This document shows, piece after piece, positions 36,776-47,258 of a DNA stretch of 64,000 bases. The notes under the pieces are model-generated. The model made no database searches and was not told the DNA's origin. It saw only the letters and a program-made list of their open reading frames with translations. Source of the stretch: Felis catus (lineage: Eukaryota); NCBI RefSeq assembly GCF_018350175.1, contig NC_058368.1, positions 61,196,001-61,260,000 of the forward strand, in the 5' to 3' direction. The stretch's first letter is position 1. Every line of letters begins with the position of its first letter. The translations under genes and the position numbers were made by a program.

Positions 36776-38215
36776 AAAATCCTTTGGATTTCGCTGGATC
36801 TTCTGAAACTCATTGCTTAAATTTTTGTTTGATTTGATTTTGTTATTTACTGTTACAGGTGAAACCTAGAGCAGAAACTATTTTTATTTTAATTTTGTAT
36901 TTGCAGTTAACTTGCTTCCATTGTAATGACACCTGCAGGAATTAATGTTTATGCCTTTTCTTGTCTACTTTATAATTTTAACCATTCTTTGAGATAGACA
37001 AGAAATTGATCACTAATATTCAGACTCATTTCTCTAATTCATTAAAGTTTCTTTTCATTATTAAAAATAATTTCCCCATTCCTTGATTACTTTCCATCTT
37101 TAATTCTTATTTAAAATAACTTTTGCTTCTATTCTGTATTCTTTTTTCATCTCTGTCCTTTTCTTATATGTTCCATTAATTTCAGAAGCATCTGCTTTGA
37201 TTTTCAAAATGGCTCCAGAACCCAATCTGTTTTGGATTTAGGTATACTACTTTATTAAATATAGATTTTAATTTCAAGCCACTTATCCTCATTCCTAGAT
37301 TTCCTCTTCTCTCTCAACTAGCTTCGTAGTTGTATAATCTTTTGGATTTTTTCACACACAAAAACACATGCATTCCTTTTAGAAATATGAGCCTCGTGTT
37401 CTTACATTGATTCTACCTTAAAAAGAGATTTATAAGACCATGGAGTTGTACAACTGTTTTGTGCTATTATATTTTATGCTCAGTGTATGTTATTTTTTCC
37501 TTTGCTTATCTCTATGGGGGGATATATTTTTTTCTGTCTACAATTGGAAGTGAAACTTTGATTTAGAGAACTACGTATACTTCTCTATCTAAATGTTTTA
37601 AGAACTGACACAGGCTTAAATTCACCATTTCAAAAAATCTCCTATGGAGAAACAGGAGAAAGCTAGATCTGAAAGATTTTTTGGCAGGGAGTTTTAACTT
37701 TGTGATTATTAGAGCTTCTTCCTGGTTTGTTCTGGCATTGAGGAGATAACTTTGCACAGTGGCTCTGCTCTTTGTTCTCATTCTGGATTAGCTAAAGCAG
37801 TGCTGCTTAATCTGGCAAGTGATTCTCTGATGATGAGCCTGGAAGTTTTCTGTGTTTTTCAAATTTGTTCCCATCAATACTTTCTTTGGCAAAATTCCTT
37901 AAAGTCCCTGAAATTTATGTGCCACTCTTACCAATTTTCAAAGAGGATGGAAATTAGGCTCCTATTTTACCTTCTTGTGAATCATTAAGTAGGAATCCTG
38001 CATGAAATTGGGGCATTTGGGGCAGGTACTTTATGTAGAACCTATTGCAATTGTTTTTGTTTTTCTTGTTTTGTTTTAATCCAAAACTTGTGTTTGTTCA
38101 GCCTTTCTCATACACATGGTTCCAAAAGCCAAAATATTTGAATACTCCTGTCTTCTATACTGGCCATCTAAAGCCATTGGAAAATTTTATTGTTTTTATT
38201 TAATGTTTAAAATTT

Positions 38216-38395
38216 GGTGGCTGAATTGGTTAAGCTCTGATTTCGGCTCATGTCATGATCTCACAGGTCATGAGTTTGAGCCCTGCACTGGGCCCTCTGC
38301 TGTCAGCATGGAGCCTGCTTCAGATCCTCTGTTTCCCTCTCTCTCTCTCTCTCTCTACCTCTCTCTCAAAAATAAACAAACATTAAATTAAAAAA
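38216..38395 (+). mobile_element. CAN-SINE, 5'-clipped
   Basis: Starts at GGTGGCTGAATTGGTTAAG; CT tract and tail present. Confidence 0.92.
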
Positions 38396-38479
38396 TTTTT
38401 TCATTAAAAAAGTAAAATGTATCTGTTTTCATTTTCCATCTCTTTTTTTGACTTTCTCCCAGGTAGGGTCTTAAGCAAT

Positions 38480-38992
38480 CTCTAAGATATTGTTCACCTC
38501 ACTTCCAATTCAAGTCACAGAGAAAACACTTCTGCACAGACTCTGACATACTTCACACTGAAAGGGTCTCACTTTAGCAGTTGCCACATTTTTCTGGCTT
38601 GTTGAGAACATCTCTGATGATGTGGTTCCGGGTGTCTACAGGAGCCCTCTGGACACTTACACATGTGCAACCCCCATGTGCAGCAGAGCCGGTGGCCTAG
38701 GGGAAGCCTCAACCAGTCAGAAGAGAGACAAAATGATGATGACTTCTCCATTCCTTCCCTCAGCAGACCATGCTGAGACACGTTTGTAGGACTCCTCAGA
38801 GGTTTCTAGAGGATTAGAACACCGATCCCCCACAGGGATTCTCAACCCAATAATGCATCCATGTATTGCCTTTTCTGCTACTTTCTTTCATTTTATTCTC
38901 ACTCCTTCTATCTGGAATCACATTCTAAACAAATAGCCTGTAAGCTACACATTAACTAGAACTGAGCTTTAGGAAGGGAATACAGGCTGACT
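38480..38992 (+). mobile_element. LTR16-family ERVL LTR (5' LTR of the provirus)
   Basis: CCTAGGGGAAGCCTCAACCAG, GACTCCTCAGAGG, CTGGAATCACATTCTAAACAAATAGCCTG; followed by an internal start GTTGGTAC; 5' boundary approximate. Confidence 0.7.
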
Positions 38993-39133
38993 GTTGGTAC
39001 AAAAAGCAGGCCCACTGTGCATAACATAGGATTCTGGACATGGTCCACGTACCTACCTGATGACCAAAGGACCACATGTGGTGATAAGTGATGTGGTGAT
39101 TCACCCAGTCATACAAAATTATTACACTTTTCT

Positions 39134-39342
39134 TTTTTTCAACATTTATTTATTTTTGGGACAGAGAGAGACAGAGCATGAACGGGGGAGGGGCAGAGAC
39201 AGAGGGAGACACAGAATCGGAAACAGGCTCCAGGCTCTGAGCCATCAGCCCAGAGCCTGACGCGGGGCTCGAACTCACGGACCACGAGATCGTGACCTGG
39301 CTGAAGTCGGACGCTTAACCGACTGCGCCACCCAGGCGCCCC
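39134..39342 (-). mobile_element. Very young SINEC_Fc-type SINE
   Basis: CpGs retained; TGGCGCAGTCGG and GGGCTGATGG variants; perfect 19-bp TSD AAAATTATTACACTTTTCT at 39115-39133 and 39343-39361. Confidence 0.98.
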
Positions 39343-40534
39343 AAAATTATTACACTTTTCTAGAATGTCATGAGTGGAGGCTTCTGATAAGGTACATGTG
39401 AAGGTGAAAGCATTGGGTGACCCAGTAATTAAAGCCATTAAAACTAAAATCTCAAGACATGTTGGGCAACCTAGAAGCTTCCATGGATGAGCTAAAGAGA
39501 TTCATATTTCTTGCAACCTCAAGGATTTTGTGGACAAAAATAGGCTTTAGTTTTAATTTTAAGAGTGGCTGAGCAGCAAAAAATATTGAAAGCATAGTTT
39601 TTGCAGACATCTTATTCCAGCTACGCAGACTTCAATAGGAAAATAGAAAGATTCAGATATCTGTGACTGGGATATCTCAGTAGATAATTGTGAGAATTTT
39701 GAACCTCCAAATTCTCATTAATCCCCCAGACAGGGTGAAGGACTTAACTTCACTTGTTGGAGAAATAGAAGGTGATACTTATTTTGTCAAGGTCCCCCTC
39801 TACTTCTGTTTATTTCCTCCTGGAACAATAACTAGTCAGGCCTCAGCACACACAACAGGATGATAGAGTTTTTGCTCTAAGGAAGGGTCTTGCATGGGAA
39901 GAGTTAGAGATCCTATTACTACAAACCAGAAGGAAAACAAAGGAACATGTGAATGGATAGATCTTGTTGAAACTGGACAGGTGGGCAAAATTTAAAACTT
40001 GGCAAGGAGAAACTTATTGACAGAAAATATTCATGTTTTGTGTTTAACTTTTTACTTAGGACATTTGGAGCTGGTGATAAGACTCCCAGTACTGGGATGG
40101 TTCGTCAATTGTGAACATATTCGTGGCCTGCTGTTAATGTGGTGAAATGCTAAAATTGCCACAGTAAAATATTGAAGAAGAATTCATAAGCTTACATAAA
40201 TGATGGGGATGTTAGAAGGGATTTATTATATGCTGGTGAAGAATTCCTCCTACTTCAGTAGGATACACTCTTCACTGAGGCAATAGAGATGCACTGGTGA
40301 GGAGGCCTTGGAATTTTAGATCATGACAATGTTGGCTATAATATGTAGGCTGGAATTGACTTTTAAAAATGCCACCATGGACCTAGGTTCCTTAGTATTA
40401 ATGGAAATTATATATTTTTTAAGTTGGCAGAGGCCATATTATAGCATTTTAGGATTATAATTACAATGCAGGACAGCAGATCTAGAGTGGCAAACAGAGT
40501 ACCTTAATCCATAGATTTCACATGGGCAAAATAG

Positions 40535-41039
40535 TGTGGTATATTAAAGATCGATCCAGGCTCTCCTCCCACTGAGAGGTAGTGTCTACCCTACTATCTT
40601 CACTTCTATCTGGGTGGCTTCTGTGACATCTTTGACCAACAGAATATGATAGATGTCTCCTTGTGCCAGTTTCCAGGTTGAGGCCTTAAGAGACAGCTTT
40701 TATGTTCTCCTATCTCTTGGAAGATTTACCGTAGAAATGTGTGCTTGGAGAAAACTCTGATATGAGAAGTCCAAACTATGTAGAAAGGCCAGGAATGAGA
40801 TGCCATGTGGAAAGAGACACAAAGAGAAGCTAGTGAGCCATATTACTAGAAATATGAGTAAAAAAAAAAATCATAGCTGAAAATTTCTCAGGCCCGGGTA
40901 GGTACATGAATCAAAGACAGATCAATGAGCTGAGCCTTTCTGAATTTCTGACTCACAGTATTGTGAGCAAAATTAAACATTTGTTTTAAGCAAGTAAGTT
41001 TTGGACTGATTTGTTAAACAAAAAGAGATAATTAGAACA
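40535..41039 (+). mobile_element. MLT1G/H-like MaLR LTR nested in the ERVL
   Basis: TGTGGT start; TTTGACCAACAGAATATG, TGTGCCAGTTTCCAGG, TTGTTTTAAGC...AGATAATTAGAACA end. Confidence 0.8.
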
Positions 41040-41434
41040 GATGAGCTCTATAGAACTATACAAGTATAGTTTAACTTATGGTACTTTATAGTTGTATTTT
41101 ATCGTGATTATATTTATTTTCCTGAAAATAGTACGAAGTGACAAGCAGAAACAAAAGAGTCAGATCCTGCAATGGAAAATTCTGGTCCCTTGCCTCGTTT
41201 CTAAGTCTAAGACAGTTCATAGACTAAAGAGGATATTTTATCCTTTTGCAGAAGCTCTCTACAGTATCACCTCAATTATATGAAGTCTTCCCCTAAACTG
41301 TATATAGGCCTTTACTAGGGAACTGTACATTGAAGGAAGGAAAATTGTATAACCTAGTGAATGCTATTGAACTTGAGCTTGAAGTACCAGGGGATCCAAA
41401 TGATATCATGGTCCTTCAATAAAGAAGAGGGTTT

Positions 41435-41549
41435 GTAGTGATGAGCACTGGGTGCTGTATGTAAGTGATGAATCACTAAATTCTACATCTGAAATAATAT
41501 TACACTGTATGTTAACCAACTGGAATTTAAATTAAAAAATGAAGAAAAA
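41435..41549 (+). mobile_element. Severely 5'-truncated carnivore L1 3' tip
   Basis: GATGAGCACTGGGTGCTGTATGTAAGTGATGAA is homologous to 32853-32885; TSD AATAAAGAAGAGGG at 41418-41431 and 41550-41563. Confidence 0.92.
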
Positions 41550-41571
41550 AATAAAGAAGAGGGCTTTTTTT

Positions 41572-41773
41572 GGGTCACCTGGGTGGCTCAGCCGGTTAAG
41601 TGTCCAACTCTTGATTTCAGCTCAGGTCATGATCTCATGGTTCTGGGATCAAGCCCCGCCTCAGACTCTGCACTGACAGTGTGGAGCCTGCCTGGGATTC
41701 TTTCTCTCCCTCTCTCTTTACCCCTCCCCTCTTTGGTTTCTCTCTCGCCCTTTCAAAACAAATAAACAACAAC
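41572..41773 (+). mobile_element. CAN-SINE
   Basis: GGGTCACCTGGGTGGCTCAG head, CT tract and tail. Confidence 0.95.
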
Positions 41774-44640
41774 AAAAAAGGGGCTTATTTGGCAAGATAA
41801 AAGTTTATCTATTTATCTATCTGTCTGTGTTGTGAAGTCCTGCTGCAGGTTCACCTTGCCTGAGCCTAACGGACTTGTGGACCCACACTGTAGTCATTTC
41901 TTTAGTTCTAGAGTGTATGATTGCCATAGGAGCAAACGAAACTCCCATACTTTTTTCCTGATTGTGGAATAAGAACTATCATGGTAGGAAACCTGATCTC
42001 TAAACCTGATCCCCAACCTGGCCAAGAAAGTAAATCAGAAGTTATAAGCAATACCACATTGCAGGATGAATTCAGAAATCTGGGCCCCCATGAAAGATTG
42101 AAAGGATTCCAGGATGTTGGTGCCTACCATTTCCCCATTCGACTCTTGTGTATGTCCCTGAAAGAAATCAGCAACAGATAAGTATTAAGTTAAACAAAGA
42201 ATTCATAACCCTACTCATGGTTGCTAGGCCAGAAGTGATATTTTTGTTGGTAATAATGTAAAACATGTTATGAGATATTAAACTGGCAATTGTTGTCTTT
42301 TCAGTTCCCTCAGTAAGAAGGGTCAAATGGAGTTCACGTTCACTACTTTACCCTAAGGCTTTCCGTGTTTCAGTTACTGTATATACTACAGGAAACTAAA
42401 TTATCTGAACTTAGTAGTCTCTGCTATATTGATGGCTTTTTGCTAATGGTACCTGGCACACACTCTTAATGCACTTTCAATAAGCTCTAATACCCCAGTT
42501 TGCAAACAAAAAGAATTCATGAAAAATTCAAAGGTCTACTACTCCCAAGAAACATTTAGGTCCAATGATTTGGGAATTTCCAGGACATCTCCCCTAAAGT
42601 AATGGTCAAGCTATTGTATTTTCCATTCTTCTCATACCCCTCTTTCTTCCCCACGTTGAGTACGAGATACAGTACTCAGGAGTATATCCATTTGGAATTT
42701 TAAGACAATATATGCCACACTTCCGAAATCACATTTTATTTATTAGATGATGTAGAAGTTTGTCAGTTTAGAGTAGGGTCTAGAACTACAGAGGACTCTG
42801 TAGCAGCATCAAGCTTCGGTAAACTTCTACCTCTGAAAACATGTGACTCAGCATGTTTGCTGGTGGTGTAGACATCCATGGTGAGAATGGATGCTGTGTG
42901 AAGTCTCTGGAAAGATTCAAAAGGTGATTTTAAGATTAGACTTTTACTAATCTGAAGCAAACTGTGCATTCTGTGGCAGAGAACTATCTTTTGTCTGAAA
43001 ATCAGCCTCTAGTATACTATTGGAAACTAATTGGCAATGAGCTCCTGACCATAAGACCTCAAAATTATTATGCAATGGCAGCTGCCCATTATGAATTGGG
43101 TGTCTTCAGATATATGAAATAATTAGTGTTGAGAGGGCACTGTGGCAATAAAACATCACAAAATTGAAATGATACATTTAGAGTTAGGCTCAACCCAGGA
43201 AACATCATGTGGTAGAAATGGCACATTCAAGATAAGGCCTAAAAAATGTCCAGAAGGCAAAATTTACAAGAACAGGTATCTATTTAGACTCCTTCATGTC
43301 ATACATTTATTTTACATCTTTCCTTCAATATATAACTAGTCTCCTGTAAATATTCCTTATGATTTTCTTATGGAGGAAGAGATAATCTTCCCTGGTTCAC
43401 AAATATAGCAAAATATAATATGTGCAACCTGACATGAACTATTGATATTGTAAAGACTCACTCAGAGGTGCCTCTACAAGTGATGATCATGAAGGCATAT
43501 ACTTCTATGGGGAGATGTGAGAGGAGTTGACCTAGTTATCAACTTTATACATGAGGGCAGTTGACTTCAAATGCATATCCACACTTCTAGTCAATAGCTA
43601 AAGATGTAACTAATTTAACAGGGGCTAGACAATTGAGAATATCAAAAACAAATCAGCCTGGAAAAGAAGCATGTGAATTTGTTTATAGGGATGAGTCTAA
43701 AGCATATGAATTTTGGTTTCTCACATTATTACCCATCAAAGAGCATCAAAAAATTGCAAAGAATGCATTCAATAAAGAATGGGCAGAAAGGATCATTTTC
43801 TCATTGTCAGCTGACCTCTCTCTTCTAACACCCCAGTGTTTAAAAGATTGCAAAATGGCCTGACAGTACTAGCAAGGAGAGAGGACATGCATAGGCAATA
43901 AGAACTCCCTCTTATCAGGCTATTGTGATTGTTGGATGTCTAATCTGCCAGGAGCAGAGACTAGCACTAAGCCATAGATACTACACAATCCCTCAACAGA
44001 CCTGCTAGCACCTTGGTGCCAAGTAGAAGGATGCAACAAGTCTTTTACCTAGAGCTCTAGCAATTTGCCTTTTCAGGAATTTATACCTACTCTGGATCAA
44101 AATGAGTTTTCCCTGCTAGCATTGCTGCCACCAACACCACAATGTGAGTACTTACAATATGCCTGACTCATCAGCAAGAGACCTTGTTAAATATCACATC
44201 AGATGCAGAAGCCACATTTAAATACAGGATGATGGTGTAGTCTATTAAAGATTTAGCTAAAACCTACAGCACAGGAAACACCTGTGAGGTTAGGGAGCTT
44301 TTATTCAGGATGAAATACATGCCCTATACCTATAGCCAATATGTGATCCTACGCTCTTCTTTCCCCCAAATCTAGAGGACTTAGAACTAGACCATGGAGT
44401 GAAGGTAGTTTTGGCTCCTCTTTTGTCCTTTTCATACCTTTTCATTACCTTGTGGAATATGTGTTCCTTGTCACTACTAATATAGGCTCTGCCAAGCCTG
44501 AGGCCTTGGTTCCCTTGGGAAGAACAACCACCTGGTCAATGTGGTCTCTTCCTGCCAATGGGTTAAAGGTAAATAGAAGATTTATCACAGTGGCTGAAGT
44601 TATTGATCCTGGTATCCTTGGAAAGCTGGAAGTACATCAT

Positions 44641-44700
44641 AGCAAGGCAAAGGCAAGCAAAGGCAAGCAAAGGCATCAAAGCCCAGCAAAGGCAAGGCCA
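44641..44700. repeat. 10-bp minisatellite (GCAAAGGCAA) x3, plus one displaced copy
   Basis: Read directly. Confidence 0.85.
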
Positions 44701-45322
44701 TAAAGGGCTCATACTTTCCGGGGAGGAAAGTCCTCTGCACTACAGCAGTTAAGTCCACTGTAAGTACAGACCAGAAGTGAAGGAATTAGAGATGTAAAAG
44801 GGGGCTGATAAATATTAATGATGACAAACTTTATTTTTTTCTGTCAAAGTAATATCTGCATACTGCAAATAATATCATGCATTTTCCATGGGTTAATAAT
44901 CCATCTCATTTACCCTGCTTACGTGGTGTGATGGAAACTAAGCACGCACTACAGGTGTTGCATCTATCATGGAAAACGTGGAATATTAACTTAATTGAAA
45001 TTTTGAGTTCTATTCATTTTTGCTAATGTTTTATGGCAATTACATGTAACACCAGAAAGCATAGATTATAATTGCTGTTTAATTTTAGCATAGTGTATTT
45101 GGAGGAATAAATGTTGGTATATGATAAAAATTATCAGTAAGTTGTTATACTAAAATATGCTTTGGGTTAATTTACCTTATTTCTCACTTGGTAAATTATT
45201 CACTTGTATTATTTTTTCCTCTGGCATTTACATTTTATGCCAAATTGCATTTTTTAGTGTTTTTGTGATCAACAAGTCCCTTTATGCTACAATTTCCATA
45301 TTTTAAATACATGGTCTCTATA

Positions 45323-45324
<2 letters not shown>

Positions 45325-45374
<50 letters not shown>

Positions 45375-45375
45375 A
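45325..45375. repeat. (TA)n(TG)n compound microsatellite
   Basis: Read directly. Confidence 0.95.
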
Positions 45376-46249
45376 ATTTTAAATTTATCTTCTTTTATCA
45401 TATACTAGTATAAAAACTACCACTACCACTATCTTATTGAATTATGAATTATTGAAATAGAGTTTAATATTTTCCACAGGTATGCTGTTATTTTACTTTG
45501 GTTTTTACTAGAACAAGTTGCTCATAAAAAGCTTGTCTAAGAAATACTATTGGATGTACAATGAGCTTTATGGTTTTCCAGTTCACTGACTTAATCCTTA
45601 CTCCTCCCTCAGTGGTTAAAAACATTAAAATCTTACTTTAGAAATACAAAGATACAGTGTCATAAATTATTGTAAAAATGATTCACTGCAGTTTTGTGGG
45701 TAAATTCTAATTGCATACTGGCAAACGCTTGAAAATTCTTCGGGTGTACACTCTTTTGCTTCTCAAGGAGCACATGATTATCTTGTGAAAGAATTCTGTA
45801 GGAGATTTTTTTTAAGTACAAAGATTCTAGTCAAAATTAAGCATATCCATTACCTTAGACAATTCATCAAACACGCTCTACAAGAGTATGCATTATGCAC
45901 TGTCAGAAATATTGTTGGAGAGTCAAGGCAATAGTGTCTAAAAACACTTTATTATTATGTAAGAATGTGTTTAAAAAAATAAATAGCCCAGCTCTACAAA
46001 ATCCAGAAAATTCATCTGTCTTTTTTCATAGTATAATTAGGGAAACATTTTGTGCTTGGGAGAGTACATAGTTTGGAGTGAAAAGAGCCTCAATTCACTC
46101 AAATGACCCTAGGGGATCAATGTCTTTAAATATCTGAACTTTAATTTCTTACTCGGTTGCAAAATGTGGTTGCAAAGTCCACATTTGCAAGAGCACTAGA
46201 TGGGAAACTGTATGAAAGATGCTGTATAAACAATGAATTACCTCAGTAA

Positions 46250-47258
46250 TCTACGGGTAGATTTTCTGTGGGCCTTAAATCTTATATAAAATAAAGGATA
46301 TGTATCATAAATAATACTGGGCATGCACATCAGTATTAGAATGAAGAGAAGTCACAGTGAATTACAAAGCTAATAAAATTGGAATTTGTCACAAATATCA
46401 TAAAATCCAGAAAAAATACCATTTACTCTATTATTTACCCCCTGGCACCTCTATAATATTACTCCCTATATATTATTTGGGTGAATACTCCTTGATCACC
46501 TCTTCTTATGAAAATAACTTGAAATATTTTCTATAGAGATAATGTAAAGAAAATTCAGTCTTTTGAAAGATCTTTTCTTCTTCACATCTACAGACTTCCA
46601 TCACTACTGATATACACATTCAAAAAGTGAACACATAATCCGCACTTAGGACACCAGAAGTTGTCACAATGCCACTAGAATGAGAACAGGAAGAAAGGTA
46701 CATAAATGTAGAGCAGAATGAACAAAAGATATTGTTAGAAATGAAGTCGGTAACATCAGTGTGGGGTTATGTCTCTTGTACATTATTATACTCCTGGTTC
46801 CTAGCATGGTTCCTGACCAATGAAAGGACAGTTGATAGTTGAATAAATTAAATGATAATTGAATAAATTATAAAGGTCATGAATAAATATATCTGGAACT
46901 ACTCCATCCTGATTCCTGAAAGCAATTTCTAAACTGAGGACTCTAGCAATAAATTAACTGTGAGTAGACAGGTCTGTAACAATGTAAACATATCTCATGT
47001 AAATGATATTACAAGTACCTTCCTACTCCCCTCACCATATATGTATTTTCATAATACCAGCATCCACACTTATGCTACACACTAAGTGTGATGGGGGAGT
47101 GGGGGAGAGTAATAAGATGAGCCATATTAATTTTACAGATTCTACAAAGACATTATAAAAAGCAAAGTGACCACATTGCTAGAGACCTTTGAAGGTACCT
47201 ATTCATTGAGGAGCTGTGAATCTTTAACTTCATTTACTGTGTGGTAAATTCCTCCCTG
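46250..47258. mobile_element. Zaphod-like hAT-Tip100 DNA transposon: both ends present, internally deleted or interrupted
   Basis: CATAAAATCCAGAAAAAATA, CACCTCTATAATA, TTTTCTATAGAGA..AATTCAGTCTTT (46250-46565) and CACATTGCTAG...GGTAAATTCCTCCCTG (46905-47258). Confidence 0.75.

Larger units (their letters stand above)
38993..44830 (+). mobile_element. Degenerate ERVL-class (ERV3-16A3-like) internal region with gag-pol remnants
   Basis: Colinear pol motifs: PFDSCVCP*KK (from 42135, cf. PFNSPVWPVKK), YIDG (42425-42436, cf. YIDD), AENYLLSENQPLVYYW (42976-43023), GIYTYSG (44076-44096, integrase). Confidence 0.85.
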
